A stretch of 64,000 bases of DNA from Patescibacteria group bacterium (GTDB taxonomy: Bacteria > Patescibacteriota > Minisyncoccia > Phycocordibacterales > UBA1550): positions 43,844 to 107,843 of the forward strand of contig JBBTWP010000005.1 in the NCBI GenBank assembly GCA_038062675.1, written 5' to 3'. Below are positions 54,965 through 63,030 of the stretch, one piece after another (the first letter of the stretch is position 1; every line of letters begins with the position of its first letter). The notes beneath the pieces were generated by a model, which did no database searches, was not told the DNA's origin, and saw only the letters and a list, made by a program, of their open reading frames with translations. The position numbers and the translations under genes were made by a program.

Positions 54965-54994
54965 TTGACAAGTTGTATGGTTTAGGTGTATAAT
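54965..54994 (+). promoter_or_regulatory. sigma-70-type promoter (TTGACA-18-TATAAT)
   Basis: ttgaca at 54965-54970 and tataat at 54989-54994, about 35 nt upstream of the RBS (AAGGAGGG) and ATG at 55029. Confidence 0.65.
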
Positions 54995-55028
54995 ATACAG
55001 AGTAGTAAATCCCAATCAAGGAGGGAAA

Positions 55029-55409
55029 ATGAAAAAAATTATCGAGGTAGTGATGTTTGTCGTGATTACGACGATGCTGGTCTTGGCAGCTGTTGGCCTC
55101 GCACATTATGCATTCGATATCGGGACCGCGTGGTACCCGTTTAGTTTTGCAACGTACCTCAGAGTTGCGGGGTGTGTGTATGTGCTGGCGATAGTCGCGG
55201 AGATCTGTCTCCAGCAAAACACGATGGGGCGGTGGACTTTCGTGTTTCTCCTCTCGACACCAGCATACTGGGCGTTGGTGCCGGAGAACCTACCGATAGA
55301 ATTCCCTGTCACTCCTCGCGGTCAGTTTGGATTGGCAATCCACACTATTCTGTTAAGTTTTGGGGCTATGCACCTACAGTACCGGCTCAAAGAAGCTCGA
55401 CAAGGATAA
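55029..55409 (+). CDS. hypothetical small polytopic membrane protein
   Basis: 126 aa with 4 TM helices. Strong RBS caAGGAGGgaaaATG. Consensus promoter upstream and intrinsic terminator downstream. Confidence 0.6.
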   Translation: MKKIIEVVMFVVITTMLVLAAVGLAHYAFDIGTAWYPFSFATYLRVAGCVYVLAIVAEICLQQNTMGRWTFVFLLSTPAYWALVPENLPIEFPVTPRGQFGLAIHTILLSFGAMHLQYRLKEARQG

Positions 55410-55422
55410 CATGTTCCGTAAA

Positions 55423-55458
55423 GGGCGGCATCGCAAGATGACCGCCTTTTTTATTTTC
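55423..55458 (+). terminator. rho-independent terminator
   Basis: gggcggcatcgcaagatgaccgcc hairpin followed by ttttttatttt. Confidence 0.85.
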
Positions 55459-55655
55459 CCGAAAAAACAAAATCTCTCGAGTTTTTCTTAAATCTTCATG
55501 GCAACAAGCTTACCAAACTCTTTGAGCGTCTTGTTTACTTACCTCTCTAACTTGGCATAGCAAAGACACCAAGTTTTAACGACAACCGCTTTTTGCCAGA
55601 TGGTTAGGACGAGCAAAAAATACGTACACTTCTGTCTACTTCGTTCTGTACAAAG

Positions 55656-55742
55656 CGGAGGCGGCGGGATTCGAACCCGCGAGAGGTTTAACCCCCTACT
55701 CGCTTTCCAAGCGAGCGCACTCGACCACTATGCGACGCCTCC
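55656..55742 (-). tRNA. tRNA-Ser (anticodon GGA), type II with long variable arm
   Basis: Minus strand reads GGAGGCGTCGCATAGTGGTCGAGTGCGCTCGCTTGGAAAGCGAGTAGGGGGTTAAACCTCTCGCGGGTTCGAATCCCGCCGCCTCCG. 3-bp D-stem with 11-nt D-loop, anticodon loop TTGGAAA, T-arm GCGGG-TTCGAAT-CCCGC, G73 discriminator. The acceptor could extend to 9 bp (55654-55744). Confidence 0.88.
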
Positions 55743-55838
55743 GCTTTACACAGAAATATAAAGTGCATCAACATATTGAGCTGGTGCAACGAATAAATGT
55801 ACTGTACCAGAAACTCTCTTCCTTCGCAAAATAAATCT

Positions 55839-56804
55839 TTATTCCTCTTCTGCATCCCCCACTGTTCCCAGAGCACACGCAGTAAGAATTTGTTCAATAT
55901 TGCCTAAAAATATCTTTTCTAAATTACTCCACGACTGCTTGATGCGATGATCGGTAATACGGTCCTGCAAAATATTGTACGTACGAATTTTTTCCGATCG
56001 GTCACCGGTACCAATCTGGTTTTTGCGTTCCGTAGAGAGTGCTGCTGCCGTACGTTCGCGCTCTTGGTCTTCTATTCTTGCAACAAGAATAGACATCGCT
56101 TTTTCGCGATTTTTTTGCTGACTTCGCTCACTCGTACATCTGACCGCAAGACCCGTCGGTTTATGAATAAGGCGAACTGCGGTTTCTACTTTATTCACAT
56201 TTTGCCCACCCGCGCCACCCGAACGAGAGAATTCCATTTCAATATCTGCAGGATTGATGTCGGTGTTTTTTGCTTCTCGGACAGGGAGAACTACTACAGA
56301 CGCTGTTGAGGTATGGATACGTCCCGACTTTTCAGTTGCAGGAACACGTTGCACGCGATGCACTCCTGTCTCATGACGGAGAAGTGGGTATGCGTCCTTC
56401 CCGCTAATCTCAAAAGATGCTTCTTTGTACCCACCCATTTCACTTTCTGAAGCATCGATTTTTTTCCACCCCCACCCTTTCTTTTCCGCAAATTTTTCAT
56501 ACATCATAGCAAGGTCTTGCGCAAAAATAGCCGCTTCCTCTCCGCCCGTACCTGCGCGCACTTCCAGAATGAGTTGTTTTGGTATCTCTTCCTCTTCTTT
56601 GGAGGACTCGATGATTTCTGTCATTTGTGCTTCGAGCGTATCAATCTGAGGACGAAGAACTGCAAGCTCTCCTTGCCCGAGTTCATTTAAAGCAGGGTCA
56701 CCTGCCATCATAGTTTTTATCTGCGCTTCCTCGCCAAGCAAGCGCTCATATTCTTGAGCCAAGTACATTGTCTTTGGATTTTTTTTGAATTCTTCAAGGT
56801 TCAT
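55839..56804 (-). CDS. prfA: peptide chain release factor 1
   Basis: [25 protein letters not shown] contains the RF1 PAT stop-codon-recognition tripeptide. GGQ motif at [18 protein letters not shown]. Confidence 0.9.
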   Translation of the reverse strand: MNLEEFKKNPKTMYLAQEYERLLGEEAQIKTMMAGDPALNELGQGELAVLRPQIDTLEAQMTEIIESSKEEEEIPKQLILEVRAGTGGEEAAIFAQDLAMMYEKFAEKKGWGWKKIDASESEMGGYKEASFEISGKDAYPLLRHETGVHRVQRVPATEKSGRIHTSTASVVVLPVREAKNTDINPADIEMEFSRSGGAGGQNVNKVETAVRLIHKPTGLAVRCTSERSQQKNREKAMSILVARIEDQERERTAAALSTERKNQIGTGDRSEKIRTYNILQDRITDHRIKQSWSNLEKIFLGNIEQILTACALGTVGDAEEE

Positions 56805-56877
56805 ACGTTAAGTATACAGAGCACAGACAAACAAGGCAAAAGCCCGCGGGAAAAGATTCCGCGGGCTTTTAACGTCG

Positions 56878-57087
56878 CTATTTCTTGACTGCTGCTTGGC
56901 GCTTCTTGAAACGCTCCACACGCCCACCGCGATCGAGCACTTTTTCCTCACCCGTAAAGAATGGGTGGCAAGAACTGCAGATTTCGATATCAATCTTTGG
57001 CATTATTGACCCAACCGTAAACTTCTCGCCACATGAGCACGAGACGGCTGATTGAATATGGTATTCAGGATGTATTTCTTTCTTCAT
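56878..57087 (-). CDS. rpmE: 50S ribosomal protein L31 (zinc-binding type)
   Basis: MKKEIHPEYHIQSAVSCSCGEKFTVGSIMPKIDIEICSSCHPFFTGEEKVLDRGGRVERFKKRQ. The start is set at ATG 57087 with a GGAG RBS. The track ORF carries a spurious His/Lys-rich extension. Confidence 0.9.
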   Translation of the reverse strand: MKKEIHPEYHIQSAVSCSCGEKFTVGSIMPKIDIEICSSCHPFFTGEEKVLDRGGRVERFKKRQAAVKK

Positions 57088-57144
57088 GCTCCGTACTCTA
57101 TCAAATAAAGGGATATTTTGCAAGATGCAGGGTATAATAGCGAA

Positions 57145-57717
57145 ATGAGAAACATCGTGCTTGGTTTTGTGCTTGTGGCGCTTGTGGGTTTTGGCTTTCA
57201 AGAGCAGGCAACCCTCTCTCCCGTGAATTCTTTGGAGGGGATCAAAGAATTCACGGAAACCCCTACAAAAGCAGTAAAAAATAAACCACCAGCACCCCTA
57301 ACGCGTGTCATTCGCGTTGTTGACGGTGACACCATTGTTATCGAGGAAAACGGCGTCCAAGAAAAAGTGCGGCTCATAGGAGTGAATACACCCGAATCGG
57401 TCGACCCACGGCGTACTGTTGAGTGTTTTGGGAAAGAGGCTTCCAACTTTACAACCATGCTTCTCTTGGACAAGAATGTGCGCATTGAGAGCGACCCTTC
57501 ACAAGGCAACCGCGACAAGTACGGACGCCTTCTACGCTTTGTATTCCTCTCCGACGGAACACTTGCAAACCGCACTATTCTCGCCGAAGGTTACGGGTAT
57601 GAATACACCTACAAAACTCCGTATCGCTATCAAGATGATTTTAAATCTGCAGAAAAGAATGCTCGACGGGGACAAAAAGGGCTTTGGGCAGAAGACGCGT
57701 GCCTGACAATACGCTAA
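57145..57717 (+). CDS. secreted thermonuclease (staphylococcal nuclease, SNase-like)
   Basis: TM/signal segment (IVLGFVLVALVGFGF). The SNase core is VIRVVDGDTIVIEENGVQEKVRLIGVNTPE...GKEASNFT...DKYGRLLRFVF. Confidence 0.85.
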   Translation: MRNIVLGFVLVALVGFGFQEQATLSPVNSLEGIKEFTETPTKAVKNKPPAPLTRVIRVVDGDTIVIEENGVQEKVRLIGVNTPESVDPRRTVECFGKEASNFTTMLLLDKNVRIESDPSQGNRDKYGRLLRFVFLSDGTLANRTILAEGYGYEYTYKTPYRYQDDFKSAEKNARRGQKGLWAEDACLTIR

Positions 57718-57742
57718 AAAAATCGACACCCTTGAAAGGAAA

Positions 57743-58273
57743 CTACTGTCGAGAAGAATTTTTGTACTCGTTAATTACTTTAATGACTTCTGAATCAGGT
57801 TCCAACTCTTGAATGAAAAGAATATGACTTCGTTCTAACTCAATCGCATCAGTTGGTTTATGAAATTCCAGACCAATTTTTACCAATTTTAAATCCGGCA
57901 CTTTGATCTGTTTCCCCTCTTTGGTATTTTGAAGCTGTTCGGTGACACGCAAATAGTATGCATCTTTCAAAACAACAAATGTTCCTTCTTTGTTTGAAAG
58001 TTTACCAAAATAGACATCACCATTTTCCAAAAATACACCGTGGTATTTATCGTCATAAAAAGAAAACGTAGTAGTTGTGGTATTAGTAGAATTTTTGTAC
58101 CACCAGTATCCTCCATATAGAGCACCAAGAACAAAGATTAACCCAAAAAAGAATTTCCCCCACTTCTTGCCTCCTTTTTTAGGACCCTTGTCATGATGAA
58201 AGGACTCGTCATGCGCTTGCGCACTTGTATCCACGTGTTGATTCTGCATATTGTTTTGTGTTTGTATAAACAT
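57743..58273 (-). CDS. hypothetical membrane-anchored protein
   Basis: 176 aa with one TM helix (FFFGLIFVLGALYGGYWWY) and a poly-Thr linker. No recognised motif. Confidence 0.5.
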   Translation of the reverse strand: MFIQTQNNMQNQHVDTSAQAHDESFHHDKGPKKGGKKWGKFFFGLIFVLGALYGGYWWYKNSTNTTTTTFSFYDDKYHGVFLENGDVYFGKLSNKEGTFVVLKDAYYLRVTEQLQNTKEGKQIKVPDLKLVKIGLEFHKPTDAIELERSHILFIQELEPDSEVIKVINEYKNSSRQ

Positions 58274-58329
58274 GGTAAATTATTATGATTGATAAATGTT
58301 TCTAATATTATAACAAAAAATCAAAAATC

Positions 58330-58899
58330 CTACCACGTCATTTTTATCATCATCTCACCAAGAACAGTCCCTCCTCCAAAATCCAACCCGTTAGCTCGAG
58401 CATTTCCCGTACTTAAGTCCCCGTCATCCAGTATCCTATCAATCTCAAGCAACACATTCGTCGGAATGCGCCCCCCATTATCCCCACCCCCCATACCGGG
58501 ACGATCATCATTAAGATCGACAACATAATCATTTCCTCCCCCGTCAATGTCATAATCGTCCGTCGGTCCAAATGCACCCCCCCATGGATGAACCTTGCCG
58601 TACATAACTCCATACGGTCCTGCCCATCCGGAAACACCGAGACTATTCATGAGCGGATCATTTATTGCCGAGCACGGAAATGCGCACTGCGGATTAATCC
58701 CTGTATCAACATAATATTGATACACACTTTTAGAAAGTTCTTTAACCTCAATGACAGTTTTAGCTATTTGGGCTTTCTCCCGAGCTTTTGATATTGCAGC
58801 CAGAATAATCCCCGCAAGAAGACCGATGATTGCAATGACAATCAGGAGTTCGGTGAGGGTAAAGCCTCGAGAAGTATTCGATTTCATAAAACTGGTCAC
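58330..58899 (-). CDS. type IV pilin / pseudopilin (prepilin-type N-terminal cleavage-methylation domain)
   Basis: SRGFTLTELLIVIAIIGLLAGIILAAI is the class III signal peptide with G-F-T-L-T-E. Gly/Asp-rich C-terminal globular part. Confidence 0.88.
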   Translation of the reverse strand: MTSFMKSNTSRGFTLTELLIVIAIIGLLAGIILAAISKAREKAQIAKTVIEVKELSKSVYQYYVDTGINPQCAFPCSAINDPLMNSLGVSGWAGPYGVMYGKVHPWGGAFGPTDDYDIDGGGNDYVVDLNDDRPGMGGGDNGGRIPTNVLLEIDRILDDGDLSTGNARANGLDFGGGTVLGEMMIKMTW

Positions 58900-58905
58900 A
58901 CAAGC

Positions 58906-61900
58906 TTAGTTCGTTAAAATATCTTCACCAACATCTTGCGTGCTAGTAGCAGTGATTGCCGGCGTTGTTGTGGCAATAGGGACTACAATAGGATTTGGGT
59001 CAACCACATTCACTATACGCATTGCTTCTGCGAGCATCGCTCCTGCGCCGTTAATAACTTTGTAAACAATTTCGTGCGTACCCGTCACGCTTGTATCGAT
59101 AATTGGGGTTGTCACCTCTGCGCCATTTTGAAACGCCCGTACTCCCAAATTCACAAGTACCAAATCCGTCGAACTTGCAGTGGCACCAAGATCCCCCCAT
59201 GCTGTTTTCAAATTAACCGTCTGTGGGTTATTCCCGCTAACGATAATTTCTACAGGAGCAGTGGTTGTTGCAATCGGCATAACACTCGCAACCACGCCCG
59301 CATTTTGAGAACCCGGAGTCGTGGCGCCCGAAAGCAATTTATCAAGCTCCACCTTGGTAACACACGTCTCCCCGCTTACACTATCCCCCACGCAGAGCGT
59401 CTTCGTGTGAACACGGTTTGCAAAGAAATCTCCTATGCCATTTGCAACACTTGCGAATTTCTCCGTAATCTGCGCAAAAATATTCGAGAAGAAACTTGAA
59501 GCAAATGAACGAGATTCAGGGGTCGAGCTTGCGGTGGTACCTGCGATGGTTTCAAGGTTGAGGTTAAGCTCTTGCACCGCACCTACCGTGAGGCCCGTGA
59601 TGCGCTCAAAATGAAGCGTGAGTGGCAACCCATCGTAACCATAATCAACGAGCCGAGGATCAACCTTCTCCACTTCTTCCGCAATCAAACCAACAGATGC
59701 AGGACTCTCTTCAGGGCTTGCATATTCGCTTTTATAATCAAACGATACGACTCGCAACTTACCTAATGTCGAAAGTGCCTCTCGAGGAGTGAGTGCCTGA
59801 ATATTCTCTTTGAAACGTTGCGAGGATGGCGTACAGGTACCACCACCGGCGTCGGTGATGTCTTTCCCTGTTGTAATACAGAGCGCATTCCCCGTTGCGG
59901 AAGACGTCAGTCCGTTAAGTGCCACCGTACCATTCACTGAAAACGTACGCCATGGCGTAGTAGAAGCAATACCAATATTCCCGAGGAAATACCCCGTTCC
60001 ATTGTCATTAAACTTTGCAATGGTTGTTGAAGCATTGTTGGCGATCTCGAATGCTTGACCAGTGCCGGTACCACTTCCCCAGACAGAGAGCTTAGAATAA
60101 GGGGTCGTGGTGCCGATGCCCATAAGCCCCCCTACGGTAATCGCGGCCCGCGTACCACCATTAGTGAGGAATCGCAAATCATGATTACTCTTAGTGCCAA
60201 GAACTCCCACACCACCATTACTATTTGTTCCAGCGCAAGATGAACCAGCATGACCATGACAATCACCGATTACCATATCCACAGTACTATCGTTATTGCG
60301 TACTGTCAACGTAACATCAGTCGTGGAATTCCCTTCAAAAAGAAACTGTGTTGTAGCATTGGGACTTTGGTAGGTAGTTCCATTTGCAAGCACTGCCAAA
60401 GCAGCATACCCCGCATCATTTGTATTAATTCCCACAAAAGGATCGCCACCATAACCACTTCCTGTATAAATAAGAGGCTTTGAAGTGTTCCCCGAGCTAT
60501 TGTACACTGCAAACGGAGAATTCTGCCCCGTCTTCGCCTGCACTGCAAAGCGGTTTCTTCCCGGCGTCGTGGTCCCCACAAAGAATGAACCCATCGCGGT
60601 GGAGGTTGCCGTGGTACTCGTCGCCGTAAAGTACCCTGCGATGGCTTCGTTGCCCAACGTGGAGGAACCTTCAACGGAGAGGGTGTAGGCAGGGGTTGAA
60701 GTGGAAAGACCCAATCTACCTGCCGCGCTTAATGTAAGGTACTCCACAGCATTATTGCGAAGGTTTAAAAGTTTACCTGTTGTTGCTGCGCCTGATGAAT
60801 CAAGAAAGATGCCTTGAGCTGCTGACGCTGTTGAAGTGGAAGTGAGGAGCAAGCTAAGGGCAGACGCATTTGTGTCGACACCAGAACCATTGTGTGTGAT
60901 TTTCACTGTTCCTTTGCCTATTTCATTCCCCGTCACACCAAATGCTGAGTAATCTTCTTTTACTGAAGTGACGGTCGCGCATTCAAGGCTACTCCCTGTC
61001 ACAAGATCGCAGTTTACAACCAACGCACCACTCGTTCCATCTTGGTCAAAATAAGCTACCTGCTGGTCAAAGGCGGAATTATCCGCTGTTATTGCCAAGA
61101 GTCTGCCCGAAGCTGTAGCTCCTTGATTGTTATAAATAACTAACCCTGCCCCTGTTGAGTTGGTCGTCGTAAGGTTCACCACGCCTCCTGTTGAAACCGA
61201 CGCTGAATAATCTTTTCCTGACGGAGCAATAATTCCTAAAAGGTTTTGATTTGTTGAGTCAGTTCCAATACGGAGAGTATTCGCAAACGTACTCGTGGCG
61301 GTGGTAGAAGTGGCAATAATATAGTTTACCGTAGGAGATGTGGATGCCGTCAGTGTAGAGCCGTCGCTATGCAACCACCCCTGACCAAACGAGGTTTGCC
61401 CTGTTCCACCTCGCGCAACAGAGATTGTGCCACCATTCCAAGTACCTGATGTGATCGTACCCAACGTGGTGAGGTTGGTCGAACCCGCCCACGTGGAGAG
61501 TGCAGTGTTTTCAACATTGTTGAGTGCTAGAGATGATTTGAGGTTTGCGGTGGAGGTGCCTGCGAGGGTTCCCGTGCCGGATGCATAGAGAAGGTCACCG
61601 AGTGTATAAGAAGAGAGGCCGGTACCACCACGAGCGACCGAGAGCTGCCCACTCCAGCCCAGCGCATGTGCTGTTCCTGAGCTTGCAATGGTAACATTGG
61701 TGTCGTCCGTGAATGTTTGAGTGGCACCGGTAAGTCCATTTAACGACGTGAGACCACTGCTCCCTCCCCCCAGTGCTGTGCCATTAAAATAGAGCGAACC
61801 TCCGGTGTTGTAGAGACGATTTGTTGTCACCGATGGTGCGCTCACTTGCGCAAAATATGCAGGTCCGTTTACTGAAAGTGTGTCCGAAGGAGATGAAGTG

Positions 61901-62841
61901 CCCACACCTACACGACTGTTCACAGAATCGACATAGAGCGTACTTCCAAAATTTGACGCTCCAGTGAATGATGCGGTTGCTCCCGACACAGCACCAGTAA
62001 AAGCACCACTGGAACCCGAAAGAGTTCCATCGAAAGTGGAGCTGGTGATGGTGGCACCCGAAATGGTGACGTTGGAGAGGTTGTTAATACGGTTTGTGAG
62101 TGCAATAGCAGCATAGTTGTCATTTGCGCGCGTGTTGGCATTTGATGCGACGCGATATATTTCTGTCTTGAGTGCATTCTCAAGTTGATTGAGGCGCTCA
62201 GTAAGTGATGTTTCAGAAACACCACTCACTGTTGTGGTCGGCACCTCCACGGTACGCTCGATGACGCGCTCGATGACAGTGCGGACGGGGGCACTCACCG
62301 TAACAGGTACATCCCGTTTTACGGGAATCGAAACAGGCTCATCTTTTTTGACATCTTGCTCGGGAGGTAATTCTCTCTGAGGAGGAGTTTGTTGAGTTGG
62401 AGTAATTTCAATCGGTGGCGGAATTTCTTGCAGTGGTTCAGGTGCGGATTGGGTATTATTTTCTTCCGGCGATCCGAAAAAGAGATTACTAAAAAAACTC
62501 CTAATACTGCTCCATACAGATGCTCCCATCCCGTCTACGGTCGCGAGCAAGTTTTGTCCCACTTCAGTTGTCCTCGAATCAAAAATTGATAAATTGCTAT
62601 CTTGAATTATTTCTGGCTCAACTGTCTCTTCTGATACAAAAGAAAAACTGGTGCGATCTGACAGCACTTCTCGAAAACGATTCTCAGTATTTACCCAAAT
62701 ATCTCTAACTGAGTTTTGCGAAACTATATTTTTCAAAAAAGAACCATCTTGAGCAAATGAAACATTGAACGGCGCAAAGCATACACTTATGGTAAAAATA
62801 CCAAAAATTACATAATGTAAAAATGCGTGCGTAGCGCGCAT
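58906..62841 (-). CDS. giant (about 1,300 aa) secreted fibre-like surface protein, with S/T/G/A-rich beta-rich repeats and an internal peptidase-S74 intramolecular-chaperone-like domain
   Basis: Signal peptide (MRATHAFLHYVIFGIFTISVCFAPFNVSFA, start placed at ATG 62841), then a Pro/Glu linker. About 850 aa are low-complexity G/S/T/A/N-rich, as in tail-fibre or collagen-like proteins. The S74-like domain is SSQRFKENIQALTPREALSTLGKLRVVSFDYK...GLIAEEVEKVDPRLVDYGYDGLPLTLHFERITGLTVGAVQELNL, followed by about 250 further residues. Confidence 0.8.
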   Translation of the reverse strand: MRATHAFLHYVIFGIFTISVCFAPFNVSFAQDGSFLKNIVSQNSVRDIWVNTENRFREVLSDRTSFSFVSEETVEPEIIQDSNLSIFDSRTTEVGQNLLATVDGMGASVWSSIRSFFSNLFFGSPEENNTQSAPEPLQEIPPPIEITPTQQTPPQRELPPEQDVKKDEPVSIPVKRDVPVTVSAPVRTVIERVIERTVEVPTTTVSGVSETSLTERLNQLENALKTEIYRVASNANTRANDNYAAIALTNRINNLSNVTISGATITSSTFDGTLSGSSGAFTGAVSGATASFTGASNFGSTLYVDSVNSRVGVGTSSPSDTLSVNGPAYFAQVSAPSVTTNRLYNTGGSLYFNGTALGGGSSGLTSLNGLTGATQTFTDDTNVTIASSGTAHALGWSGQLSVARGGTGLSSYTLGDLLYASGTGTLAGTSTANLKSSLALNNVENTALSTWAGSTNLTTLGTITSGTWNGGTISVARGGTGQTSFGQGWLHSDGSTLTASTSPTVNYIIATSTTATSTFANTLRIGTDSTNQNLLGIIAPSGKDYSASVSTGGVVNLTTTNSTGAGLVIYNNQGATASGRLLAITADNSAFDQQVAYFDQDGTSGALVVNCDLVTGSSLECATVTSVKEDYSAFGVTGNEIGKGTVKITHNGSGVDTNASALSLLLTSTSTASAAQGIFLDSSGAATTGKLLNLRNNAVEYLTLSAAGRLGLSTSTPAYTLSVEGSSTLGNEAIAGYFTATSTTATSTAMGSFFVGTTTPGRNRFAVQAKTGQNSPFAVYNSSGNTSKPLIYTGSGYGGDPFVGINTNDAGYAALAVLANGTTYQSPNATTQFLFEGNSTTDVTLTVRNNDSTVDMVIGDCHGHAGSSCAGTNSNGGVGVLGTKSNHDLRFLTNGGTRAAITVGGLMGIGTTTPYSKLSVWGSGTGTGQAFEIANNASTTIAKFNDNGTGYFLGNIGIASTTPWRTFSVNGTVALNGLTSSATGNALCITTGKDITDAGGGTCTPSSQRFKENIQALTPREALSTLGKLRVVSFDYKSEYASPEESPASVGLIAEEVEKVDPRLVDYGYDGLPLTLHFERITGLTVGAVQELNLNLETIAGTTASSTPESRSFASSFFSNIFAQITEKFASVANGIGDFFANRVHTKTLCVGDSVSGETCVTKVELDKLLSGATTPGSQNAGVVASVMPIATTTAPVEIIVSGNNPQTVNLKTAWGDLGATASSTDLVLVNLGVRAFQNGAEVTTPIIDTSVTGTHEIVYKVINGAGAMLAEAMRIVNVVDPNPIVVPIATTTPAITATSTQDVGEDILTN

Positions 62842-62961
62842 TTTTTTTCTCTGTATTCGAATAAAAAGATTACTCCCCATACATTTCATTTTATCATACT
62901 TATGCACAATAAAAAACAAATTTCTGTGCATAAGTATCGCAATAAACAAAATGTGCCCCAC

Positions 62962-63009
62962 ACAACCCAAACCCCCATATCACTGGCGTGATATGGGGGT
63001 TTGGGTTGT
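62962..63009. terminator. hairpin terminator (22-bp stem)
   Basis: acaacccaaacccccatatcac-tggcg-tgatatgggggtttgggttgt, lying downstream of the minus-strand gene that ends at 63031. Confidence 0.7.
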
Positions 63010-63030
63010 CGGAGGTATCCCCTCTTTTTG

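Noticed and set aside
54772-54993. 73-aa ORF and the 16-nt perfect palindrome gaaagtagctactttc (54856-54871) between tRNA-Ile and the promoter
   Set aside because: The ORF has no RBS and a composition unlike neighbouring genes. The palindrome is noted but has no assignable role. It is treated as part of the putative integration-remnant spacer.
55839-56804. Possibility that the release factor is RF2 with a programmed +1 frameshift
   Set aside because: The protein has the RF1 PAT tripeptide rather than the RF2 SPF tripeptide. The ORF is continuous with no internal in-frame stop, so no frameshift site.
57118-57144. Upstream start MQDAGYNSE for the thermonuclease
   Set aside because: It would place charged residues before the signal/TM helix. 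ATG 57145 (MRNIVLGFVLVALVGF) gives a conventional n-region/h-region. Either way the 3' end is unchanged.
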